Of a DNA stretch of 63,150 nucleotides, positions 8,209-16,288 are shown piece after piece. The number at the start of each line of letters is the position of its first letter. Position 1 is the stretch's first letter. Made by a program: the position numbers and the translations under genes. The notes under the pieces were generated by a model that saw only the letters and a list, made by a program, of their open reading frames with translations, was not told the DNA's origin and searched no databases. Source of the stretch: Syntrophobacteraceae bacterium (GTDB lineage Bacteria; Desulfobacterota; Syntrophobacteria; Syntrophobacterales; Syntrophobacteraceae); assembly GCA_035624985.1 (NCBI GenBank), contig DASPQK010000307.1, positions 1 to 63,150 on the forward strand, written 5' to 3'.

Positions 8209-9452
8209 TGGCCGGATTTTTTAATGTTATCTATAACTTCTTCCAGCCGAGGCTCACTGCCTATTACCATAATATCCCTTATGGGGGTCCCGGCGGGAGC
8301 TTCAACTGGCCCCGGTGAGGCTCCCTCCCTCATCTCCGGCCCCGAGGATTCCGATTTGGCCGGGTACGTGCAGCAAACACCCTCCGGGTCTAAAAGAGGA
8401 GATCGGTAGACTGATTCGTCAAGTTCAGGCGATGGCCTGAAGATTTCCGACGGCGACGAAAAAGAAGTCCGCTTCTCGATATAGTCTTTTGCATATGCTT
8501 CACTACTGAACATTCCTTCACCTTTTGAGGTTTGCATCGTACTCTCGATCTGGGCAAGCTTGTTTTCACGTATGATGTTTTTTATCGCGGAAGTGCCCCT
8601 CATTATGGAGAGGAAGGGGACGCGGAAGCCGGCCCTTTCAAGGTAACTCAGCCGCTGGACGATGAGCCATGTCAAGGTCGAAGCAACCTGGGTCCTCACA
8701 GCTCTCTGAACGTCGGGCGGAAAAGAATTGCATATCCGGTAGACAGCGTCCTCGGAGTTGGTCGCGTGCAGCGAGGCAATTATCAAGTGGCCGGCCTCGG
8801 CAGCGTTGAGGGCTAGTCTCATTGTCTCCGCATCCCTTAGCTCGCCGACCAGTATGACGTCCGGGTCTTCCCTGAGTACATCGACCAGACCCTGTTCGAA
8901 AGAGGGAATATGCTCACCCAGTTCCCGCTGTTCTATGAATGATCTTTTCGAGGCAAACCGATACTCGATAGGGTCCTCCAGGGTCACAACATGTGAACTC
9001 TTCACCTGGTTTATCTCGTTGATTATGGCCGCTATGGTCGTCGATTTTCCGGTCCCGGCTGCACCGCAAATAAGCACCAGCCCGCTGCGGGCGTCGGCGA
9101 TCTGCCGTAGCGAAGGGTGAAGATTGAGTGCGTCGATGCTTGGCACCACTCCCGGCAAAATCCTGATGGCAATGCTCAGGCCGCGAGTCGTGTTGAAAAC
9201 ATTTATCCTGAGGCGCACCTTGTTGGATGAAATTGCAAAATCGATAGACCGGCGCTTTCTCAGAACGGCCAGCTGCAAAGGGGCGATTAGCTGGCCCACC
9301 AGGCGGTCAACCTCACTGTGCGACCACCTGCCGCCTTTGTCGAAGTTAAGCAGCCCGTTTTTTCGGTAGATAACGGGATGGCCGCCGGTTATGTGCACAT
9401 CGGATAACCCCTCCCGCACACACCAGCTAATAAGCGTGTTAAATCGCTCCAT
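8193..9452 (-). CDS. pilT: PilT/PilU-family type IV pilus retraction ATPase with ~70-aa C-terminal extension
   Basis: SDVHITGGHPVIYRKNG, Walker A GAAGTGKSTT, Asp/His boxes (VILVGELRD, ASLHATN). P/S/E-rich tail. Confidence 0.85.
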   Translation of the reverse strand: MERFNTLISWCVREGLSDVHITGGHPVIYRKNGLLNFDKGGRWSHSEVDRLVGQLIAPLQLAVLRKRRSIDFAISSNKVRLRINVFNTTRGLSIAIRILPGVVPSIDALNLHPSLRQIADARSGLVLICGAAGTGKSTTIAAIINEINQVKSSHVVTLEDPIEYRFASKRSFIEQRELGEHIPSFEQGLVDVLREDPDVILVGELRDAETMRLALNAAEAGHLIIASLHATNSEDAVYRICNSFPPDVQRAVRTQVASTLTWLIVQRLSYLERAGFRVPFLSIMRGTSAIKNIIRENKLAQIESTMQTSKGEGMFSSEAYAKDYIEKRTSFSSPSEIFRPSPELDESVYRSPLLDPEGVCCTYPAKSESSGPEMREGASPGPVEAPAGTPIRDIMVIGSEPRLEEVIDNIKKSGHYGEE

Positions 9453-9674
9453 TGACTCCTCCGGTCCGGGGAAAATCAGTCTTCCTTTACGGGGTTTATA
9501 CCAGACAACGGCTGATCATTGCCACAGAGTAGTCCGTTTTTTTTCTACGGATTGGTTTTCAAATGTTGACCCTTCTCCCCTCGCCGCTCACCGTTCAAAT
9601 CGATGATCCGCAACGCCGGATTGCCAAAACGGAAACTCCTGTGTTAAATGAAACCCAACACGCCGGAGGTTGGG

Positions 9675-10754
9675 ATGTCTTTGCTGAAGAAGGCCTGCAT
9701 GGCTCTTTTCGGGTCTTTTCTGCTCCTTTGTTGTTTTGCGGCAATTGCCGCGACACTGGGCGCTTTCCAGTTCTGGCTCTTTTTGCGCCTCCCGGCAAAA
9801 CCCGCCCTCGACAAAAAGCAGTTTTTCATTCCCCCCAAAACCAGCGCCTATGAAGTCGCCAGGCTTCTCGAATCCGAAGGGGTCATCCGGGATGCGGCCG
9901 CCTTTTATCTCCTGGGCTGGTTAAAGAACTCGCTTCACCGCATGCAGGCCGGCGAATACGCTTTTTCGACGCTCTCCACCCCCGAACAGGTCCTTGACAA
10001 CATCGTCAATGGCAGAGTGGTGATCCATACTGTCACCCTTCCCGAAGGGTCCACCGTGTGGGATGTGGCCCGGATAATCGACCAGAAAGACCTGGCGCCC
10101 CAGGCTGAAATTATCGGGATCGCAGGCAGCGCCGAATTCGCCAGGTCGCTCGACGTAAAAGGAGCAAAGGGCCTGGAAGGCTACCTTTTCCCCGATACCT
10201 ACCAGTTCAGGAAACCCGTCTCAGGCGCCTCGATTGCTGCGACAATGGTCAGGCGATTCTGGCAGCAACTGCCCCGGGACTGGCGCGAGCGCTGCAAAGA
10301 ACTCGGGCTGTCCCTGCACGAAATCGTGACCCTGGCTTCCATTATAGAAAAGGAGGCGGCAGTCGATTCCGAGCGCCCGATCATTGCCGGGGTTTTCTAT
10401 AACCGGCTCAAGGTTAACATGCCTCTTCAAAGCGACCCCACAGCGGTCTATGACATGCCGGGGTTCTCAGGACCGGTTACCGCCGCTCATCTGACAAGAC
10501 AAAGTCCCTATAACACTTACCAAATCAGGGGCCTGCCTCCCGGACCGATTTGCAGCCCGGGGGCAAACTCCATCAGGGCGGCCCTTTATCCCGAAAAGGT
10601 CCCATACCTCTATTTTGTCAGCAACAATGACGGCACTCACCACTTTTCCACTACCGCCCAGGAGCACCGAAACGCCGTTTCACATTACTACGAGGCGAAG
10701 AAAAAACCGGCAGAAGACAAAACTAAAGACCTCGGACAGGATAATCACGATTAG
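9675..10754 (+). CDS. mltG: Endolytic murein transglycosylase MltG (YceG family)
   Basis: GGAGG RBS. N-terminal TM. LASIIEKEA, VFYNRLKVNMPLQSDPT, YNTYQIRGLPPGPICSPG, YLYFVSNNDGTHHFS. Confidence 0.9.
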   Translation: MSLLKKACMALFGSFLLLCCFAAIAATLGAFQFWLFLRLPAKPALDKKQFFIPPKTSAYEVARLLESEGVIRDAAAFYLLGWLKNSLHRMQAGEYAFSTLSTPEQVLDNIVNGRVVIHTVTLPEGSTVWDVARIIDQKDLAPQAEIIGIAGSAEFARSLDVKGAKGLEGYLFPDTYQFRKPVSGASIAATMVRRFWQQLPRDWRERCKELGLSLHEIVTLASIIEKEAAVDSERPIIAGVFYNRLKVNMPLQSDPTAVYDMPGFSGPVTAAHLTRQSPYNTYQIRGLPPGPICSPGANSIRAALYPEKVPYLYFVSNNDGTHHFSTTAQEHRNAVSHYYEAKKKPAEDKTKDLGQDNHD

Positions 10755-10767
10755 CGGGATTAAAGAA

Positions 10768-11622
10768 ATGAGCACGGTTACAAGCATCATATTTGCCGCC
10801 GGACGTGGAACCAGGATGAAAGGGTATGAGGGCAACAAAACACTTCTGCCGCTTATTCCCGGTGAATCACGCTACGACGGGTCCCGTCCCCTCATCATGG
10901 AAGTCCTTGACAATCTTCCAGCGGGCCAAAGAGCTATAGTGGTCAATTACCGCGCAGATGAGGTGCGCCGCGTGACCGGCAGCCGGGGAATATCTTTCAT
11001 CCGCCAGCCCGTTATGAATGGCACGGGAGGGGCCCTTCTTGCGGCGCGCCCCTTTCTGACCTCCACTGACGCCGACCGCGTCATAATTACCATGGGAGAT
11101 GTCCCTCTCATACGGACCGCCACCTATCGCAGACTTCTTGACCTGCTGGGGCGCTGTGAACTCGCCCTGCTCGGTTTCCAATGCAGACACAGGGCCCACT
11201 ACGGCATGATGGAGATGGAAGGCGAAAGAGTAACGCGAATAGTCGAATGGAAATACTGGAAAGATTTCTCCCAGGAAAGGCAAAACACTCTTAAATATTG
11301 CAACGCCGGTGTCTATGCCGCCGCCAGGAAGACTCTGCTCGCCTACATGGACCGGCTGGAGAAAAGGCCGCACGAAGTCAGCAAGCAGCAGGACGGCGCC
11401 TGGGTTGCCATCACCGAGTACTTCCTTCCGGACATGGCTGAAATGATGAATGAAGACGGCTTGCCGGTGGCAATGGCGCTCGCGCCCGAACACGAGGTGA
11501 TCGGAGTGGATACTCCCGAATCGCTGGAGGCGGTGCAAAAGCTATATGGAGCCATCAGTACCTTATCTCCGCCCGATGGGGCAGCAGGCAAACCTCCTGT
11601 GCCCGACGCCCTCATCCAATAA
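10768..11622 (+). CDS. Sugar-phosphate nucleotidyltransferase (GlmU N-terminal-like, no LbH domain)
   Basis: IIFAAGRGTRMKG...NKTLLPL, NGTGGALLAA, ITMGDVPLI. Start at the internal ATG 10768, just after the mltG stop. Confidence 0.75.
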   Translation: MSTVTSIIFAAGRGTRMKGYEGNKTLLPLIPGESRYDGSRPLIMEVLDNLPAGQRAIVVNYRADEVRRVTGSRGISFIRQPVMNGTGGALLAARPFLTSTDADRVIITMGDVPLIRTATYRRLLDLLGRCELALLGFQCRHRAHYGMMEMEGERVTRIVEWKYWKDFSQERQNTLKYCNAGVYAAARKTLLAYMDRLEKRPHEVSKQQDGAWVAITEYFLPDMAEMMNEDGLPVAMALAPEHEVIGVDTPESLEAVQKLYGAISTLSPPDGAAGKPPVPDALIQ

Positions 11623-11818
11623 TGCCTTAGACTCTTTGAACCCGGACCCATGCAGCTGCGCTGCCGGCAGATCGCGAAAATCGTCGTTTCTACTGTATGG
11701 CCGCAGCCAAAGTACTGCCTTCACCTCATTTCAAAAGAAAAGATGAATGCATAATTTCCTTCGCAGATATTCCCGCCTGTGTTTCCTCGTTCCTCGACCC
11801 CGTAAACTCTCTCTGAAA

Positions 11819-11851
11819 GCCGGGACGCCCCATCCCGGCTTTCTTCTTTTT
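11819..11851 (+). terminator. Rho-independent terminator with no annotated gene directly upstream
   Basis: gccggga-cgcccca-tcccggc followed by tttcttcttttt. Lies ~200 nt downstream of the nucleotidyltransferase stop. Confidence 0.6.
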
Positions 11852-12423
11852 CAGGCTCATCCGCAAATAAAAAGTTCCGGACGGGGAGCCTCGCCACAGT
11901 ATTCTTCCGCTACATACCCTTGATGGGATTTCTCTGCCGGGGGTGTTTGCTTCTTGTGCCCGGCGGTCGCTTCGGAGCGAGTCTGAAAAGTGGGTCGGAT
12001 TGATCTGTCGTGATACACTTCATTTTTTTCCTGACAATACTTCCCGGTTTGAAGCATAATATTGCCCGAAATTTGCGCGGACAGGCGCTCCAACAGATAG
12101 CGCGGGGCTTGTGGATTGGGGGTGCAAAAATGCTCCTTGAAAACCGAATATCCAAAAGCAATTTGGTTCTTCACTGCTCGTTGCGGGCCTGCATTTGGCC
12201 TGTATTACAGCAAAATACAGCGAGAGCCTCTCCCCGTTCCACCCACCGCCTCCGCCCCTCGATCCTTGTCCGGGGTTAAGGAAGTTGCCTCCTCACTGAT
12301 TGGACTAAAGAATTAAGTTTTAAGTACCGATGATCTTTTAGCGGCAAACTCGCACGGGTCTTTAATCCTGTCTTTTTTGGCCGCAGATCCGAACCATCGG
12401 AGACAGTATACGAGATATAGGAC

Positions 12424-13557
12424 GTGCAAAGCGCCATGGACAAAACCGGCGGCCGGTTCAGCGGGACGATAGAATATGTCCGATTGATCGATCTGGTTCA
12501 GGTTTCCTGCCTGGCTAAAATGAGCCACATAATCAAAGTTGATTCACTAAACGTGGCGGACGGGACCGGCAGCTTCTATCTGGACTCCGGAAATGTCGTC
12601 CACGCTGAATTGGGAGATAAAATAGGGGAGGAGGCTTTCTTTGAAATACTTCAGTGGGAAAGGGGCCGTTTTGAAACGCTGCCCCTCCCTGAAAATTTTC
12701 CTGCCACAATCAACCGCAATTGGGAATATCTTCTCATCCAGGCGGTTCGCATGCAGGCGGGAAAAGACGGCAGTGAAGACGGGGGCCCCACGACCCAAAG
12801 CCTCTCACGCGGCTTTAGGGGCAGCATAAATGACGTCGGCTTGACGGACATAGTTCAGTTGATCTGCCTGGACAGCATCGACCGCATCGTTGAAATCCGT
12901 TCGGAGACTCTTGCCGGGACAATTCACGTCCGGGGCGGACAGGTTTGTCATGCGCAAACGGGCGATTTGGCGGGACAGGAAGCTTTCTTCAAAATGTTGG
13001 CCGCCGCCAGCGGAAGCTTCGAGATACTTTCCCGTTCCATGAAGTGTGAGGTCACAATCCAGGCGGCGTGGGAGCACCTGCTCATCGAGGGCGTGCGCCT
13101 GCTCGATGAAGCATCGGGGGTGGTTGAAGAACAGGACAAACTCCGGGCCGAAAGCCTGTTCCAAAAAGTCCAGAAAAAAAATGTGGCTCAAAAAATTCGG
13201 CTTGCAATGACAGGGGATAAGGAAACCCGCGGCCTCCTTATACGGGACGGTAATCGAATAATTCAACTCGCAGTGGTCTCAAATCCCAGGATAAGCGAAA
13301 GTGAAGTCGCGGCCATAGCTTATTCCAGGCAGGTTGATGAAGAGGTCCTGCGCAGGATTGCCGCCGATAAGGAATGGGTCGCGCTCTACCCCGTGCGGCT
13401 CGCTCTTGCGGCCAACCCCAGGACCCCGCCCGCCATTTCCAAAAAGCTGGCCTCAACGCTTAACCGCCGGGACCTGCGAAACCTCTCTGTAAGCAAGGCC
13501 GTTCCAGCTTTAGTGGCCAACGAGGCGCGAAGGCTCCTTGGTAAGCAGCCCGGATAA
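12424..13557 (+). CDS. Tandem PATAN (DUF4388) domain protein with C-terminal LRV/HEAT-like repeats; putative pilus regulator
   Basis: Two copies of the DUF4388 pattern (GTIEYVRLIDLVQVSCL...GNVVHAELGDKIGEEAFFEIL and GSINDVGLTDIVQLICL...GQVCHAQTGDLAGQEAFFKML). Tail has NPRISESEV / NPRTPPAIS repeats. Start is GTG 12424 or ATG 12436. Confidence 0.7.
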   Translation: MQSAMDKTGGRFSGTIEYVRLIDLVQVSCLAKMSHIIKVDSLNVADGTGSFYLDSGNVVHAELGDKIGEEAFFEILQWERGRFETLPLPENFPATINRNWEYLLIQAVRMQAGKDGSEDGGPTTQSLSRGFRGSINDVGLTDIVQLICLDSIDRIVEIRSETLAGTIHVRGGQVCHAQTGDLAGQEAFFKMLAAASGSFEILSRSMKCEVTIQAAWEHLLIEGVRLLDEASGVVEEQDKLRAESLFQKVQKKNVAQKIRLAMTGDKETRGLLIRDGNRIIQLAVVSNPRISESEVAAIAYSRQVDEEVLRRIAADKEWVALYPVRLALAANPRTPPAISKKLASTLNRRDLRNLSVSKAVPALVANEARRLLGKQPG

Positions 13558-13598
13558 CCAGTCGGCATCTGCTCTGCGCCGTGCCTTTACGCCGGAGC

Positions 13599-15155
13599 TT
13601 ACCCCAGCCTGGCGGTCTGCGGCGGGGAATCCATGTGCCGGCTCTCTCTGCGTTCTTTTAGAATATGCGGGGTGATGAATATCAAAACGTCCTGAAACTG
13701 GTTTTGATTGTAATAGTTTTTGAACAATGCCCTGACCAAGGGGACGTCCATGAAGCCCGGCACGCCTTTCTCTGTCACCGTTTTTTGCTGTAGTGACAAC
13801 CCCGATATCACGACCGTCTCGCCATCGGCGCATATCATGGTGGTCCTGGTTTCCTTTTTCTGGATGAGGGGATTGCCTTGCACCATCTGGGAAAAATCGG
13901 GCTGATCCTTCTTGATGACTACGTTCAATTTCAAAATATCGCCTGAAATCACATGAGGAGTGATTTCGAGTCTTATGACGGCATCGACGTAGGTAACGCT
14001 TGCCTGGCCCGTGGTGGTCAACGACGCAACGGGCACGCTCTGGCCGTCCTGGGTATAGGCCGTTTGATTGTCGAGCGTGGTCAGTGACGGCGTTGACAGG
14101 ATGTTGACTTTTCCCTGCTGCGCGAGGGCCGACAACTGCAAGTCCAGGATAGTGTGGCCAAGGGTGCCGACCAGCACCCCGAGTGACCCGGCCGGGGTGT
14201 CCTGCGTCGGAAGGTTTACGGCAAAGCCCTGTCCGCCGATGCCGGCAGTCCCCGTGAGCGGTGCGTAGGTGAACTGCCCCGTTGTGGGATTGATCACCGG
14301 ATTGGTGCTGGTGCCCCCCGGCGTGATGTACGTGTTGCCGCTGTGGAATAAGCCTCCCCACTGGATGCCGAGTTCACGCGTCACGTCCTTGGTCGCTTCC
14401 ACGATATTGGAAACGATGTGAATCTGGGGCGTGGGTCTGTCTAGACTTTGGACGAGCCCCACCATCCCGGCGAGTTCGTCCGGGGTGGACTTTATGACAA
14501 GAGAACTGGTGTGTTCGTCGTAGGCAAGGTACCCGCGAACTTTTCCACTCTCATCTTTTGTAAGAGTTTCCTTGAGCTTTTCCTGCAGCTTGGCGGGGTC
14601 GGAGAAATGGATGGGAACGACCTTGATCTGCATGGGACGTATGCTCGCTATTTTAGCTTCGTTGGCCATGTCTTCGGCTGTCATTACGCGCAGCATATTC
14701 CCTTCCCACATGTAATCAAGCCCTTCGGAATGCAGGATTCCAAGGAATGCCTGGTCCCAGGGAACGTCTTCGAGTTCTACGCTCACAGTGCCTTTGACTT
14801 TCTCATTGAGCAAAATGTTCAGCCCCACGGAACGCGCAAGGGCTCGGAGCACCACGGCGGTGTCGGCGTTGTGCATCCGAAGGCTGACTTTGTGGGTGGG
14901 AAGAGACCTCTGCTCCTTCGCCAAAGGCTTCCCTGTTACGGCCTCACTTACGCCCTGGGCAGGTTGAGCGGCAGGCGGCTCAACGGCCGGGGGGGTCTGA
15001 GGTGAGAAGCCGGTGGAGCTTTCCGCAAGAGTTTGCCAATTTTCAATGGAGTTTTGCCCGACAGTGGGCTGTGGAGGCGGCTTTTGCGTCCCCGCGCAAC
15101 CCCAAACGGTCACCTGGAATATCAACGCAACTGCAGCCCAGCGCAACTTCCGCAT
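13599..15155 (-). CDS. pilQ: Type IV pilus secretin PilQ
   Basis: Lipoprotein-like signal (VWGCAG), Secretin_N repeats, C-terminal secretin motif GVPGFMDVPLVRALF...VLIFITPHIL. Confidence 0.9.
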   Translation of the reverse strand: MRKLRWAAVALIFQVTVWGCAGTQKPPPQPTVGQNSIENWQTLAESSTGFSPQTPPAVEPPAAQPAQGVSEAVTGKPLAKEQRSLPTHKVSLRMHNADTAVVLRALARSVGLNILLNEKVKGTVSVELEDVPWDQAFLGILHSEGLDYMWEGNMLRVMTAEDMANEAKIASIRPMQIKVVPIHFSDPAKLQEKLKETLTKDESGKVRGYLAYDEHTSSLVIKSTPDELAGMVGLVQSLDRPTPQIHIVSNIVEATKDVTRELGIQWGGLFHSGNTYITPGGTSTNPVINPTTGQFTYAPLTGTAGIGGQGFAVNLPTQDTPAGSLGVLVGTLGHTILDLQLSALAQQGKVNILSTPSLTTLDNQTAYTQDGQSVPVASLTTTGQASVTYVDAVIRLEITPHVISGDILKLNVVIKKDQPDFSQMVQGNPLIQKKETRTTMICADGETVVISGLSLQQKTVTEKGVPGFMDVPLVRALFKNYYNQNQFQDVLIFITPHILKERRESRHMDSPPQTARLG

Positions 15156-15194
15156 TTCTCTCCCCCGTTATCACCGCAGTCTGTTACGTCCCCA

Positions 15195-15689
15195 TTATCT
15201 CAACACTTCCCCCGTAAACGGGACGCTGAAGCTCTCCGGGCCATTGAGTTGTTTTACTACCACATTTTGGGGACTTATGGCCTGGACGACGAGTTCGCTT
15301 CCCAGCACCACCTCCCCGACTTGATACTCCATGCCGTTGATAACGGCCAATCTTGCCTGACCGGCGATAACGAAACCCGTGTAAGCAAGAGCGGTATGAG
15401 TTTCCCCTGCCTTGGGCGATGCGGGTTTTGCCGCCGTGAGTTTTTTGCCCAGGAAAGGATCGCTCGCCCATTCGGTCGAGGCTAGTTCCAAGATGCGAAC
15501 CTGCCCTTCCGACAGGAGCGCTTTTTTTTCCGCTTCCTCAGTGCGGCTTGCAAAATCCTGCAACGCCTTGAAATCGATCAGGGCAACACCGGTTGAGACT
15601 TCCGGTAAACGACCCGTGAGGAAATAGACTGCGCCGGCAACTACTGCGGCAGCCGTCGCCGCCAGGATGATTGTCTCACGTTTTGTCAT
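15195..15689 (-). CDS. PilP-like pilus assembly protein
   Basis: N-terminal TM. C-terminal beta domain YTGFVIAGQARLAVINGMEYQVGEVVL...VVVKQ. Located between pilO and pilQ. Confidence 0.5.
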   Translation of the reverse strand: MTKRETIILAATAAAVVAGAVYFLTGRLPEVSTGVALIDFKALQDFASRTEEAEKKALLSEGQVRILELASTEWASDPFLGKKLTAAKPASPKAGETHTALAYTGFVIAGQARLAVINGMEYQVGEVVLGSELVVQAISPQNVVVKQLNGPESFSVPFTGEVLR

Positions 15690-15718
15690 AGCTTCTCGCG
15701 GTCAACGTTTGCTTTCAC

Positions 15719-16279
15719 TCAGCCTGACGCCGGTTGGGATTTGTTTACCATCAGCCATAGCTTCAGAAAGTACTGCTTGCCGTCCGAACCTTCCTGGATA
15801 TCTAACTCTTCAATATTCCCCAGATACGGCAGTCCGGCCAGTTCAACCAGGAATTTCCGCAGATCGAAAAGATTACCTCTCAGCGCCAAACCAACCGACA
15901 GGAAATGTGAGTCCGGAGTCAACGATTTGACATACGGAGTAAACTCCACGGCCTCAAGGCCGCAATGCGCGGCCATCTCACTAAATATGGGAGATAAATT
16001 ATCCATCTGCCGTAAGGACAACCCGGACTTGGGCGGATTCCACTGAGCTTTCGAATTTTGCGGAGCGAGATTCTCGCGCAGTTTCTGATAGAGTGGGAAG
16101 AGCACCTTCTGTTCCTCGATTCGAGCCTTGAGGTCTGCGATCGACCCGTTCATGCGGACCATGTTCCTGTGAGAAGGGTAGATGCCCGCCAGCAGAAAAA
16201 CAACTATTCCAGCCCCGCATATCAGAAGATAGATAAGGCTTCGCCGGGGGAGATCGAAAAATAATTTCTTTTCCTGCAT
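15719..16279 (-). CDS. pilO: PilO-like pilus assembly protein
   Basis: TM helix, then coiled coil (IADLKARIEEQKVLFPLYQKL), then a ferredoxin-like C-terminus. Conserved position. Confidence 0.65.
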   Translation of the reverse strand: MQEKKLFFDLPRRSLIYLLICGAGIVVFLLAGIYPSHRNMVRMNGSIADLKARIEEQKVLFPLYQKLRENLAPQNSKAQWNPPKSGLSLRQMDNLSPIFSEMAAHCGLEAVEFTPYVKSLTPDSHFLSVGLALRGNLFDLRKFLVELAGLPYLGNIEELDIQEGSDGKQYFLKLWLMVNKSQPASG

Positions 16280-16288
16280 GATTGCAGC

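Noticed and set aside
13510-14361. Long track ORFs lying antisense to or overlapping strong genes. Examples: 13510-14361 (283 aa) opposite pilQ, 16304-17320 opposite pilMN, 26487-27368 opposite pilC, 45356-46471 opposite asd/rsmD, 50988-52298 opposite ilvC, 52676-54526 opposite ilvB, 35100-35897 opposite the coiled-coil gene, 38923-39777 opposite copA.
   Set aside because: Their translations are R/G/P/H-rich low-complexity strings with no motifs. They sit exactly opposite genes with unambiguous family signatures. These are shadow ORFs, as expected in GC-rich coding DNA.
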